This document shows positions 9,601 through 19,085 of a stretch of DNA of 39,606 nucleotides, in pieces. The notes beneath the pieces were generated by a model. The model made no database searches. It was not told the DNA's origin and saw only the letters and a program-made list of their open reading frames with translations. Location: assembly GCA_964644465.1 (NCBI GenBank), contig CAZXVU010000005.1, positions 1 to 39,606 of the forward strand, written 5' to 3'. The position numbers and the translations under genes are program-made. The stretch's first letter is position 1. Every line of letters starts with the position of its first letter. The DNA comes from an uncultured bacterium. Lineage in GTDB: Bacteria; Chlamydiota; Chlamydiia; Chlamydiales; SM23-39.

Positions 9601-11670
9601 TTATTCGTCGTTAGCTGCAGGAGAATCTGGTTCTCCCAAGAGTTCATCAGGATCTACCTGTGAAGCAACTTCGCTTTTTCCAATCTCTTCATCTGGATCT
9701 ATTTCAGAAACAGATTCTGAAAGATCTCCTGCACGGAGTTCATCAGCATCGACTTCTGAACCATGTCCTGAATGGAGTTCGTCATCTCCGCCGATGACAT
9801 CTTCTGCCCCGATTTGGAGAGGTTGTTCAAGTTCAAGAATCAGATCGCGAATCGGTGGGGCGACGCGGATATCAGCCATTGGAGGAAGAACCAACATACT
9901 TGGATCTACTTTCCCTGATGGACTTCCTGGTCTTGAAGCGAATCGTGGAGAATCTGTATGAACCGGGCTAGATGGCTGAGACCAAGAGAACCCAACTCTT
10001 TTCGGAGAAGCTTGCGAAGCTTCGCTTTTCGGAGAAGCAGATTTCACTGCCTCAGCTACTGCTTGAGCAGGAGCTGTATCAATGACCAAAGATCTTGGAC
10101 TTGATTTCTCTGAAGCCGCTTTCGGAGAAGTTGCAACAACTTCAACTGGAGCCGCGTGTACTGGAGATCCAGGTGTGGAAGCCGCTTTTGGAGAAGTTGA
10201 AACAACTTCAACTGGAGCCGCGTGAACTGGAGATGCGGGTCTAGAAGCTGCTTTCGGAGAAGTTAAAACAACTGTCTCTGGTTCAGCTGGAGCCGCGTGA
10301 ACTGGAGATGCGGGTCTAGAAGCTGCTTTCGGAGAAGTTAAAACAACTGTCTCTGGTTCAGCTGGAGCCACGTGAACTGGAGATGCGGGTCTAGAAGCTG
10401 CTTTTGGAGAGGAAACGGGAGAAGAAACAAGACCTACAGGAAGAAGATCTGCTAGGTTAAATGGTTCTTCAGAAGCTGGTTGTTGAACTTCGACATCTTC
10501 AGCTTTTGCTGGTTCTTCAACCGCTACAGTTGTAGGAGCTGGTGCAGACTGCACAGAAGCAAATTGTTCTTCTAAAGCTTCTTGAACCATCATTTCTTCT
10601 GTTTCAGAAATGGCATCCAAAGCAGTGCCTGCTAGAGTACTTGTAAGCTCTCCCACAGCAGTGTGGAGTTCTTTCATAGCTGCATCGGATTCTTCGGTAT
10701 TCACTTCAGGTGCAACAGGAACTTCAGTTTCTGCTTCAGCAGAAGGTTGAGGTTGCTCGGCTGCTGCTGGAATACCTTGCATAAGATGATTGATCAGGGT
10801 TGACATGCCAGTTCCCATTTCTTGCAGCTCGGGATCTGTTTGTCCTATTGAGGCGAAGGCTTCAGAAGCAGCTTGCAATCCAGTTTTGAGAGCTTCGGGA
10901 TCGAAGGCTTCTCCTGGACGGAAAGTAGCGCTGAGATGAGTGGCTGCTTCTTCGAATTTTGCTTGCAGTTCTTCAATTGATTGAGCTGGCGCTTTTGGAG
11001 GTTCTTCACTCACTCGAGGAGAAGGAGCTCTTGCTACAGGAGAAGAAGCTCCAGAGCCTAATGCTTCTGTTGCAACATCTTCAATAACAACAGACTGATC
11101 TCTTAAGTCAGTTTTAGGAGATGGCGGCCTTTCTTGATGAACTGGAGAAGGTTGTCTGACAGGAGAAAGCGGCTCTGCTTCTTCAGAATGGGCTGGAGAA
11201 GGAATTGGAGCGTCCAAATGATCTTCTTCTACAGACAATGCAGGAGGTCTATCTCCGCTTTCAGCAGCAGGACCTGCATGAGGCTCTTCTTGAGTTCCAT
11301 CTGGAGTCGTTGTCATTTCTACTGTAGTTCCTGTTTCCGCATCTCCAGAGGGAGGAGTGGGTCTTTGAGGAGTTGGGGAAATGACCTCTACATTTTTGTA
11401 AACAAGGCTATGTAATTGGTTCGCAACGAAAATCCCCGCGTTCCCAATGAAGATACCAATATTTTTTAGAGCTTCTACTAGAGCTAAAAGAACAACAGAG
11501 ATTACTTTAACGACTTTGGAAAGTGTCGATTCAGCCTCTTGCTGAAGGACTCTTTCAGTCCAATCCATATTGTGACGAATATATGCGAATCGAGGAGCTT
11601 TTACCCCGTCGTTTGCTAATGGTGCTGGCTGCTCAGGAGCAGCAGGATTTGATCCAACCGGTCTAGTCAT
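9601..11670 (-). CDS. Ser/Pro/Ala/Glu-rich low-complexity tandem-repeat protein; candidate secreted or inclusion-membrane protein
   Basis: 689 aa ORF with SD (AAAGGTGA) and its own terminator; N-terminal hydrophobic stretch; SPKAASRPASPVH repeats. Confidence 0.8.
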   Translation of the reverse strand: MTRPVGSNPAAPEQPAPLANDGVKAPRFAYIRHNMDWTERVLQQEAESTLSKVVKVISVVLLALVEALKNIGIFIGNAGIFVANQLHSLVYKNVEVISPTPQRPTPPSGDAETGTTVEMTTTPDGTQEEPHAGPAAESGDRPPALSVEEDHLDAPIPSPAHSEEAEPLSPVRQPSPVHQERPPSPKTDLRDQSVVIEDVATEALGSGASSPVARAPSPRVSEEPPKAPAQSIEELQAKFEEAATHLSATFRPGEAFDPEALKTGLQAASEAFASIGQTDPELQEMGTGMSTLINHLMQGIPAAAEQPQPSAEAETEVPVAPEVNTEESDAAMKELHTAVGELTSTLAGTALDAISETEEMMVQEALEEQFASVQSAPAPTTVAVEEPAKAEDVEVQQPASEEPFNLADLLPVGLVSSPVSSPKAASRPASPVHVAPAEPETVVLTSPKAASRPASPVHAAPAEPETVVLTSPKAASRPASPVHAAPVEVVSTSPKAASTPGSPVHAAPVEVVATSPKAASEKSSPRSLVIDTAPAQAVAEAVKSASPKSEASQASPKRVGFSWSQPSSPVHTDSPRFASRPGSPSGKVDPSMLVLPPMADIRVAPPIRDLILELEQPLQIGAEDVIGGDDELHSGHGSEVDADELRAGDLSESVSEIDPDEEIGKSEVASQVDPDELLGEPDSPAANDE
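10112..10410 (-). repeat. Coding tandem repeat, units of 66, 66, 75 and 75 bp
   Basis: GAAGC(C/T)GCTTT(C/T)GGAGA recurs at 10112, 10178, 10244, 10319 and 10394. Confidence 0.92.
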
Positions 11671-11761
11671 AATAAATCACCCTTTTTGAAAATTACCCTT
11701 TTAATTTCGCTTATATTTTAGAATTAAATAGACATTAAAGTGAATTAAAATGATTTTTTGA

Positions 11762-12499
11762 TTATAGTAAAAATTTTCCTGCCTCATCGTCGAGAATCCA
11801 GAGAGCTTTGTGTTCTGGAATTCCGATCCTGCTTGCTGGAAAGGGAGATATGATGGCTGCGTCCAAGACTTTAGGGACAATCGTCTGTTTGTTAGCGCCC
11901 AGGGCGTAGATCACTATATGGGTGCTTTGGTTGATGCAGGGGAAGGTAAGGGTCATCCGCCAATTCTTTTTTTCAGGGATTTCGTTGGCTGCTACAATGC
12001 GGTCTTTGATTTCCAAAGCCCGGGTATTGGGAAAAAGAGAAGCTGTATGGCCATCCTCGCCAACGCCCAACATCACTAGATCAAATAAATGTTTACCTAG
12101 ATGATGTTTTATTTTTTCTTCGTAGTCCTTAGCATTTTTTTCAATTTCTGTTTCCGCATGCATGCGAAAAATTTGGCCCTGGGGAATTTTGAGTTTTGAT
12201 AAACCGCTTTCCATGGCCATATGGTAGTTGCTGTCGGAATGATTGGGCGGCACGCTGCGCTCATCGCTCCAGAAAAGCCAGACTTTAGACCAATCGAGGG
12301 ACGTATCTTGACCCAAGAGGCTATAAATAGCATTGGGGGTGGAACCTCCGGAGAGGGCCACGGCAAAACGACCTGTATGGAGGATGGCCCGCTTTGCAGA
12401 ATGGATCCAATGTTCAGTGGCGAATGCGATGGCATCTTCTTTGCTTCCCGCAATGATATAGTCCCTTCGGTCGTCCCATGATTGGATTTCGTTTAGCAT
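11762..12499 (-). CDS. pgl: 6-phosphogluconolactonase
   Basis: ALSGGSTP, FWSDERSVP, SN, LGVGEDGHTASLFP, RMTLT. Confidence 0.95.
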   Translation of the reverse strand: MLNEIQSWDDRRDYIIAGSKEDAIAFATEHWIHSAKRAILHTGRFAVALSGGSTPNAIYSLLGQDTSLDWSKVWLFWSDERSVPPNHSDSNYHMAMESGLSKLKIPQGQIFRMHAETEIEKNAKDYEEKIKHHLGKHLFDLVMLGVGEDGHTASLFPNTRALEIKDRIVAANEIPEKKNWRMTLTFPCINQSTHIVIYALGANKQTIVPKVLDAAIISPFPASRIGIPEHKALWILDDEAGKFLL

Positions 12500-13614
12500 A
12501 CGTCTTTCCTGTCTAAATCAACGAGTTCTTTCAGCATGTCCATATAATGGGAGCTTGTCCCTCTTTTTATGATCTCATTGACGAGAGATTGGCCTGTAGC
12601 CGTCTGTCCTAAAACAAATTGATAGGGCAAATCGCATTTTTCGGGAGTGGCGATTTGGATCCCAACGCGATGGTATTGCTGAGGAAGGCGCATGCATTGA
12701 AAAAGATGCTCGTCTACAGTTTTTAACTCGACCGAAACAACGGTGCCTGATCCCAATTTTTCCCAAAGAGTCGGTTGGATATGCGCGTCTATTTTATGAT
12801 GAGTTGTTTCGAATTGGAAGATCAGATTTTTAGAGGCTTTGCTGAATTTCCATTTCAAGCGGCTCGACAGCCAAGCGAGGAGATACATGGCTTGAACTTT
12901 CAGATGGCAAAAAGATTCCGTTTCGCGGGAGTTATAGGTAATTTGGATGAAGCAGAGTTGATGCAATTGCTTGAGACGCTCTGCGGAATGAAAGGTTGAG
13001 GTGAGCAAATCGCGCCACCCTTCTGTGCGGGCCCAATTTAGGTCGGCGATATCAATGCCGGTTTCACGCAAAGCGAGGAGCTTTTGCGCGAAATGAAGAA
13101 GGCTATCTGCCGATTCTGAATCGAAAATCATCCGGGTAGCGATTTTAGCAAGCGCAGGCAATAAGGGATTTTTTTTGCAGGGATCTTCAGTCCAAAGGAT
13201 ATAGACAGGTAGATCGGGAATGATGTGGGACAGAAGGAGAAAAGGGACCCGTTCAAGATCAGGCCCTGCGACTCCAATATCTATATGGTCGCAGGCAATC
13301 GTGCTTTCAGGATCTTTTGGAGTGACCACAGAAACTGCTGTTTTCAGATAGGTTTGTCTGGCATCGGGATCATGAGAAATGAAAAGAATGCGGCAAGGGA
13401 ATTTTTCAATCACTTTTTGGATAATGCTCCGAATGTAGTCGGTGCGTGGAGATTGGAGATGATTATAGACAATCAGATTGAAAAGACTGGCCCGCATTTT
13501 GTTTTCTTTGACAAGGCCTTCCCAGATCTTGATGAGCTGCGGTTCGATTTGAGCCGGATCGATGATCTCTACTTTCGATAAAGTTTGAGAAGGAGTTAAA
13601 GGCTGCTGACTCAT
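12493..13614 (-). CDS. opcA: Glucose-6-phosphate dehydrogenase assembly protein OpcA
   Basis: Lies between zwf and pgl; PCRIL, PDLPVYILW, RMIFDS, DLNWARTEGWR motifs. Confidence 0.85.
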   Translation of the reverse strand: MSQQPLTPSQTLSKVEIIDPAQIEPQLIKIWEGLVKENKMRASLFNLIVYNHLQSPRTDYIRSIIQKVIEKFPCRILFISHDPDARQTYLKTAVSVVTPKDPESTIACDHIDIGVAGPDLERVPFLLLSHIIPDLPVYILWTEDPCKKNPLLPALAKIATRMIFDSESADSLLHFAQKLLALRETGIDIADLNWARTEGWRDLLTSTFHSAERLKQLHQLCFIQITYNSRETESFCHLKVQAMYLLAWLSSRLKWKFSKASKNLIFQFETTHHKIDAHIQPTLWEKLGSGTVVSVELKTVDEHLFQCMRLPQQYHRVGIQIATPEKCDLPYQFVLGQTATGQSLVNEIIKRGTSSHYMDMLKELVDLDRKDVC

Positions 13615-15152
13615 AATATCCGCCAGGAACGGTTGTCTTTAGCGATCATCTCATCCGCTTTTTGAGGACCCCAAGAGCCCGAAGTATAATTGGGGAAGTC
13701 TTTTGGAATATGGGCAGCCCAGTATTCTAAGATGGGGGTGAGGATCCGCCAAGACTGCTCAACTTCGTCTGTTCTGGCGAAGAGAGTATTGTCTCCCAAA
13801 ATGCATTCCCAGATGAGTCTTTCATAGGCTTCTGGCGGCGCTTGGCCAAAATAGGAGCCGTAGCGAAAATCCATCTTCACAGGCTGGATAGGACTGTTAG
13901 GTCCAGGAACCTTGCAGTTGATTTTCATCGAAATCCCTTCGTCTGGCTGAATCCTGATCACCAAAACATTGGGATCGTTCCTTTTCCCGCTCTGTTGAAA
14001 GAGAACGCCGGGAGCGTCTTTAAATGTGATCGCGATTTCTGTGGCCCGTTTTGGAAGCCGTTTTCCTCCGCGCAAATAAAAAGGAACTCCTGCCCATCTC
14101 CAATTATCGACGAATAGCCGGAGGGCTGCGTAAGTTTCAATATTGGAATGGGGATTTACGTCTTTTTCTTGCCGGTAGGCAACCACTTTTTCTCCGTTGA
14201 TGAAGCCAACGCCATATTGCCCCCGGACAACAGAATGTTCGAAATCATGCTGGGTTAAAGGACGGATCGATTGAAGAACTTTGACTTTTTCATCGCGGAT
14301 AGCATCTGCGCTTAAATTGACCGGAGGTTCCATAGCCACTAAAGAAAGGAGCTGCATCATATGGTTTTGGACGATATCGCGAAGCAACCCTTCTTCTTCA
14401 AAAAAATGGCCCCTCGTTCCAATCCCTATATCTTCAGCGACTGTGATCTGGACATGGTCGATATGTTTGTAATTCCACATCGATTCGAAGATCGAATTAG
14501 CAAAGCGGAAAACCAAAATATTTTGGACCGTTTCTTTACCTAAATAATGGTCGATGCGGTAAATCTGCGATTCCGCGAGATTTTTAGAGATTTCCTTCTG
14601 GAGGACGGCAGCGGAATTTGTATCATGGCCAAAAGGTTTTTCGATAATGACGCGGGACCATTTGTCCGACCCTGCATCATAGACAAGGCCATGCTTGCGG
14701 AGCTTTTCGATGATGACGGGAAAAAACTTAGGCTGCACCGAAAGGTAAAATACGCGATTACCCCGAGTCGCAAAGCGGTTATCGAGTTGTTTGAGAAATT
14801 TGGCCAAGGATTCATATCCCGCGTCATCGTCGAATTCGGCGCGGTGGTAAAAAATCTGTTCTTGGAAATTCTGCCAGAATTTTTCTTCGATAGGCTTCAC
14901 GCGGGAAAAGGTGTTGATGTCCTTTTTCAGTTCGTCCCGGAATTGCTGGTGGCTTTTTTCCCGACGGGCAAAGCCGACGCAGGCAAAATTGGGGGGAAGA
15001 AGGCCTTCGCGGCCCAAGTTGTAGATGGCTGGAGCGAGCCTCCTACCCGTCAAATCACCTGTCGCGCCGAAAATCACTAAAATGCACGGGTCGATGTTGC
15101 GTGAAGTACGGCCCTGTTCTTCGAGGGGGTTGATCCCTTTTTTACTCGGCAT
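13611..15152 (-). CDS. zwf: Glucose-6-phosphate 1-dehydrogenase
   Basis: GATGDL, EKPFG, RIDHYLGKE, QNH, WRWAGVPFYLR. ATG at 15152 follows an AAAGGA SD. Confidence 0.97.
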   Translation of the reverse strand: MPSKKGINPLEEQGRTSRNIDPCILVIFGATGDLTGRRLAPAIYNLGREGLLPPNFACVGFARREKSHQQFRDELKKDINTFSRVKPIEEKFWQNFQEQIFYHRAEFDDDAGYESLAKFLKQLDNRFATRGNRVFYLSVQPKFFPVIIEKLRKHGLVYDAGSDKWSRVIIEKPFGHDTNSAAVLQKEISKNLAESQIYRIDHYLGKETVQNILVFRFANSIFESMWNYKHIDHVQITVAEDIGIGTRGHFFEEEGLLRDIVQNHMMQLLSLVAMEPPVNLSADAIRDEKVKVLQSIRPLTQHDFEHSVVRGQYGVGFINGEKVVAYRQEKDVNPHSNIETYAALRLFVDNWRWAGVPFYLRGGKRLPKRATEIAITFKDAPGVLFQQSGKRNDPNVLVIRIQPDEGISMKINCKVPGPNSPIQPVKMDFRYGSYFGQAPPEAYERLIWECILGDNTLFARTDEVEQSWRILTPILEYWAAHIPKDFPNYTSGSWGPQKADEMIAKDNRSWRIL

Positions 15153-16179
15153 AGACAAACATCCTTTCGATACACTGACGAGCGCTTTCTAAAATAGAAG
15201 CGTCGATTTCGATGATTTGTGAGGGGAGAGGATCCTGGAGGACTCTCCGAATTGCTTCAAGACTATTCGATCTCATATATTTGCACATCGTGCAGCCGCC
15301 GATTAAACGGGCTTGCGGCGCGTCGACCGATAGACGAGAAGCGACGCCGCATTCCGTCAAAAGCAAAAATGGCTTCGTTTCTTGGCTGCGGTTCATGACG
15401 TAATTATACATTTCGGTCGTCGAACCTACAACATCCGCTTTAGCAACAACTTCGGGCTTGCACTCTGGATGAGCAAGTACGATAGCGTCAGGATGTTGCT
15501 TTCGAAGATGGTCGATCATTTCAGGCTCGAACTCCTCGTGAACATAGCAGGTGCCTGGATATGTTAAAACTTCTTTATCAATCCCTTTTTTTTTCAGCCA
15601 ATTTTTGGCATTTTCACCCATAAGCCTGTCGGGAACAAAATAGATTTTGTCCGTGGGGAGCCGTTCGAGAATCCGATAGATATTTGAAGAGGTGACGCAT
15701 ACATCGCAAGCAGCCTTTACAGCGGCTGTCGTATTGATATAACAGACAAATGTATGGTTGGGATACCGATCCCGAAGGCGGTAGACATCTTCAGCAGTGA
15801 TGCTGTCTGCCAAAGAGCAGCCCCCATTTGGATTTGGGTCGATCACTATCTTTTCAGGACATAAGATTTTGGCTGTTTCCGCCATGAAACGGACAGAAGG
15901 GAATACAATCATCTCTTTGTCTGTTGACCGCGCTTTTTTTGCAAGTCCGTAAGAATCTCCAACATGATCTGCAACGCCGTAAATGATATCAGGATGGACA
16001 TAGGCATGGGCTAGAATGAGAGCGTTCTTATCAAATTTAAGCTCGAGAATGTCATTGATTACAGGTGCGAGAGAGCAGCATCTTTCATAGGTATATGCGC
16101 ATAGGGGATTGTCTACAGCAATCCTTTTCAGTTTGCCATAGAGTTCTTCAGCTGAAATATAGGGAGCGCAAATTGTCAT
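15142..16179 (-). CDS. nadA: Quinolinate synthase A
   Basis: ILAHAY, GDS, FMAETAKIL, CSLA, YINT, CVTSSN, CYVH, AHPEC, GST, CKYM; three Fe-S cysteines present. Confidence 0.93.
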   Translation of the reverse strand: MTICAPYISAEELYGKLKRIAVDNPLCAYTYERCCSLAPVINDILELKFDKNALILAHAYVHPDIIYGVADHVGDSYGLAKKARSTDKEMIVFPSVRFMAETAKILCPEKIVIDPNPNGGCSLADSITAEDVYRLRDRYPNHTFVCYINTTAAVKAACDVCVTSSNIYRILERLPTDKIYFVPDRLMGENAKNWLKKKGIDKEVLTYPGTCYVHEEFEPEMIDHLRKQHPDAIVLAHPECKPEVVAKADVVGSTTEMYNYVMNRSQETKPFLLLTECGVASRLSVDAPQARLIGGCTMCKYMRSNSLEAIRRVLQDPLPSQIIEIDASILESARQCIERMFVYAE

Positions 16180-16580
16180 AACTGATCTAGATAACTTTGC
16201 AGCATGAATGTTGCTGCAACCATATCGATTTTCTCACTTCGCTCTTTTCGATTCAAAGAAATCTCTCTTAACCCAGCATCTGCATGCTTGCTGGAGAGTC
16301 TCTCGTCTCTTAAAACGACAGGAATATTGAAGTGGGCCTCGAGCAATTTCGCAAATTTTTCAACAGACTCGGCCATATCTCCTTTTTTCCCGCTCATGAG
16401 AAGGGGAAGGCCGATGAGGATCATTTCAATTTCTTTTCCTTTCAATGCTGCGGAAATATTCGCTATGGCTTTTTTCCCTCCTTCTACTGTTGTTAGAGGA
16501 AGCGCAATTTTTTTATTCGCATCGGAAAGGGCAATGCCTATCCGTTTTAAGCCGTAGTCAATCGCGGCGATCCGGCCCAT
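16176..16580 (-). CDS. ruvX: YqgF/RuvX RNase H-like nuclease
   Basis: IDYGLKRIGIALSD, IGLP, DERLSS, ID..AA..LQSYLD. Confidence 0.93.
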   Translation of the reverse strand: MGRIAAIDYGLKRIGIALSDANKKIALPLTTVEGGKKAIANISAALKGKEIEMILIGLPLLMSGKKGDMAESVEKFAKLLEAHFNIPVVLRDERLSSKHADAGLREISLNRKERSEKIDMVAATFMLQSYLDQL

Positions 16581-18196
16581 TCTTTATTCTTATGTGTAAG
16601 GGTTAATGAAAGGAGGAAATCGCGGAAAAGAGGATGAGGATCGAGAGGTTTCGATTTAAATTCCGGATGGAATTGAACGCCGAGCATCCAGGGATGAGAG
16701 GGGATTTCTGAAATTTCGCAAAGGTCCTCTTTTTCCAAGACGCCTGAGAAAACCATTCCTTTCTCTTCGAAAATGGCTTTATACTGATTATTGAATTCAT
16801 AACGGTGGCGGTGCCGTTCAGAAATCAGCTTCTTTTTATAAGATTGAAAAGCGAGCGTATCCTTTTTTATTTCGCAAGGATAGGCGCCGAGACGCATCGT
16901 CCCGCCCAAATTTTTGATTTTTTTCTGCTCGCTCAGCATGGAAATGACAGGATAGGCGGTGTTGACATCGACCTCTGTCGAATGAGCCCCATCGAGGCCC
17001 AGTACGTTGCGGGCGAATTCAACGATCATTACCTGCATACCAAGACATAGCCCGAAATAAGGGATATTTTTAGTGCGGCAATATTTGGCAGTGAGGATCT
17101 TTCCTTCCCAGCCCCTCTCGCCAAATCCGCCAGGTACTAGATAGCCATCGCAGCCACCGATCGTTTTTTCCACAGATCCGTTTTCTACAATCCGGTCAGA
17201 TTCAAATCGGCGGATTTCAAGGTCTACTCCTGCAGAGATCGCCGCGTGGTGCAACGCCTCAAAAACAGATTTATAAGCGTCTTGATGGTCCATATACTTT
17301 CCGACGACGCCGACGACGACTTTCCCTTTGGGATTTAGGACAGTATGAAGCATTTTTTCCCACTTTGAAAGATCGGGAGTCTCCGCTTTGAGGCCGAGCA
17401 TTTTGCAAATCATTCCATCTAGGCCCTGATTGTGAAGTTCGATAGGGACCTCGTAAATACTGAAGCTCACATCTTTTTCATCGATCACTGCTTCTTGAGG
17501 CACATTGCAAAAGAGGGAAATTTTGGCTTTTATATCCTCGGAAAGAGCTGTTTCGCAGCGGCAGAGGATCATGTCTGGAATGATGCCGATTTCTCTCAAG
17601 GCTTGGACAGAATGTTGCGTCGGTTTGGTCTTCACTTCGCCGGCGGCTTTCAAATAGGGAACATACGTGAGATGAATATTGATACAGTCTTTCGGCCTTT
17701 CGTAGCGGAACTGTCGGATCGCTTCTAGAAAGGGGAGCGATTCGATATCTCCTATAGTTCCTCCGATCTCGACGATCACAATTTGAATGTCTTTTTCCTG
17801 GTTGGCACAGGCGAGGATGCGGCTTTTGATCTCATCGGTCACATGTGGGATCACTTGTACGGTTTTCCCGAGGTAATCGCCTCTCCGTTCTTTTTTGATG
17901 ACGGTATCGTAAATTTGGCCTGAGGTCGCATTGGAAGCGCGCGAAAGAGGGGAGTGGGTGTACCGATAATAATGCCCCAGATCGAGGTCTGTTTCAGCTC
18001 CATCGTCTGTAACGTACACTTCTCCATGTTGGAATGGGTTCATCGTCCCTGGGTCCACATTCAAATATGGATCCAATTTGAGCATGGCGATTTTGATCCC
18101 GCGGCATTCCATGAGCATCCCAATGGATGCAGCTGTAATCCCTTTGCCCAGCGAAGAGACGACACCGCCTGTTACGAAGATGTACTTAATAGACAT
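16547..18196 (-). CDS. pyrG: CTP synthase
   Basis: GGVVSSLGKG, DPYLNVDPGTM, KTKPTQ, GLCLGMQ, ERHRHRYE, QFHPE. Confidence 0.98.
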   Translation of the reverse strand: MSIKYIFVTGGVVSSLGKGITAASIGMLMECRGIKIAMLKLDPYLNVDPGTMNPFQHGEVYVTDDGAETDLDLGHYYRYTHSPLSRASNATSGQIYDTVIKKERRGDYLGKTVQVIPHVTDEIKSRILACANQEKDIQIVIVEIGGTIGDIESLPFLEAIRQFRYERPKDCINIHLTYVPYLKAAGEVKTKPTQHSVQALREIGIIPDMILCRCETALSEDIKAKISLFCNVPQEAVIDEKDVSFSIYEVPIELHNQGLDGMICKMLGLKAETPDLSKWEKMLHTVLNPKGKVVVGVVGKYMDHQDAYKSVFEALHHAAISAGVDLEIRRFESDRIVENGSVEKTIGGCDGYLVPGGFGERGWEGKILTAKYCRTKNIPYFGLCLGMQVMIVEFARNVLGLDGAHSTEVDVNTAYPVISMLSEQKKIKNLGGTMRLGAYPCEIKKDTLAFQSYKKKLISERHRHRYEFNNQYKAIFEEKGMVFSGVLEKEDLCEISEIPSHPWMLGVQFHPEFKSKPLDPHPLFRDFLLSLTLTHKNKEWAGSPRLTTA

Positions 18197-18918
18197 AAAT
18201 ATTTCTCGAGTTTTACAAGGTCTTGCGGAGTATCGACTCCCATTGGAATTTCGTCAACGATGGCGATTTTAATCCTATGGCCAAGCTCTAAAATTTTTAG
18301 TTGTTCCAGATCTTCCGATTTTTGCAGAGGCGTCAGTTCGGCGCCTAGATCGGAGAGCAAAAAAGTACGCCGGAAACAATAAATGCCAATATGCGCATAT
18401 CCCAAAGAAGAAGGATCTCGAGAATAGGGGATTGGCGATCTGCTGAAATAAAGAGCATTCCCTTCGCGATCGAAGACAGCTTTTACAATGTGCGGGGACT
18501 GGAAGTCCTCAATATTTTTTATCGCTGTTACGGCTGTGGACATGACCGCTTCTTTATCAGATTTCAGCTTCTGGATAATCGCGCCTATGGTCCCAGGTTC
18601 TGTGCAAGGGTGGTCTCCTTGCAGATTGACGATGATAGATGCCTGCTGCAACCTACTGTGGCTGCGGAGAGCTTCAATGATCCTTTCCGTCCCATTTTTA
18701 CATTCTGGAGATGTCCAGATCACTTGGCCGCCAAGGCTTTGAACGTGATTGGCGATCCTTTCGTCATCGGTTGCTACATAGAGCTCGTCGATATCGGGGC
18801 AATCTGAGGCTCTCTCAAAGGTTCTCTGCAGGATTGTTTTCCCTGCTGCGCGTACGAGAAGCTTTCCGGGAAAACGGGAGCTATTGTATCTGGCAGGAAT
18901 TACGCATGCGACTGTCAT
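18172..18918 (-). CDS. kdsB: 3-deoxy-manno-octulosonate cytidylyltransferase
   Basis: IPARYNSSRFPGK, GTER, NLQGD, ALYFSRSPIP, HIGIY, LEQL, GVDT. Confidence 0.96.
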   Translation of the reverse strand: MTVACVIPARYNSSRFPGKLLVRAAGKTILQRTFERASDCPDIDELYVATDDERIANHVQSLGGQVIWTSPECKNGTERIIEALRSHSRLQQASIIVNLQGDHPCTEPGTIGAIIQKLKSDKEAVMSTAVTAIKNIEDFQSPHIVKAVFDREGNALYFSRSPIPYSRDPSSLGYAHIGIYCFRRTFLLSDLGAELTPLQKSEDLEQLKILELGHRIKIAIVDEIPMGVDTPQDLVKLEKYLCLLSTSS

Positions 18919-19085
18919 AAAATCCTAAATTCAAGAAATAACAAAAGATCGGGTATATCACCGATCCCTCATAACTTTCAAGAACAACCCTCTGTTTGTT
19001 TACTTTATTAAAAAAACATCTATCTTTCTTCTTGCTTTAATTTAGTTCGATGGGTTAAAAATTATCCCTTATTATGTGAGGCTGT

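Noticed and set aside
10112-10410. Tandem repeats as CRISPR or a non-coding repeat
   Set aside because: Units are multiples of 3, contiguous without unique spacers, and lie in frame within a long ORF.
14547-15080. 177-aa antisense ORF in zwf, and the many similar shadow ORFs (e.g. 26527..27030, 32598..33053, 17954..18382)
   Set aside because: They lie fully inside well-supported genes on another frame or strand and show no protein motifs.
15586-15594. T9 run in nadA as a phase-variation or frameshift site
   Set aside because: It encodes a Lys run in an intact frame, and similar homopolymers are common throughout the window.
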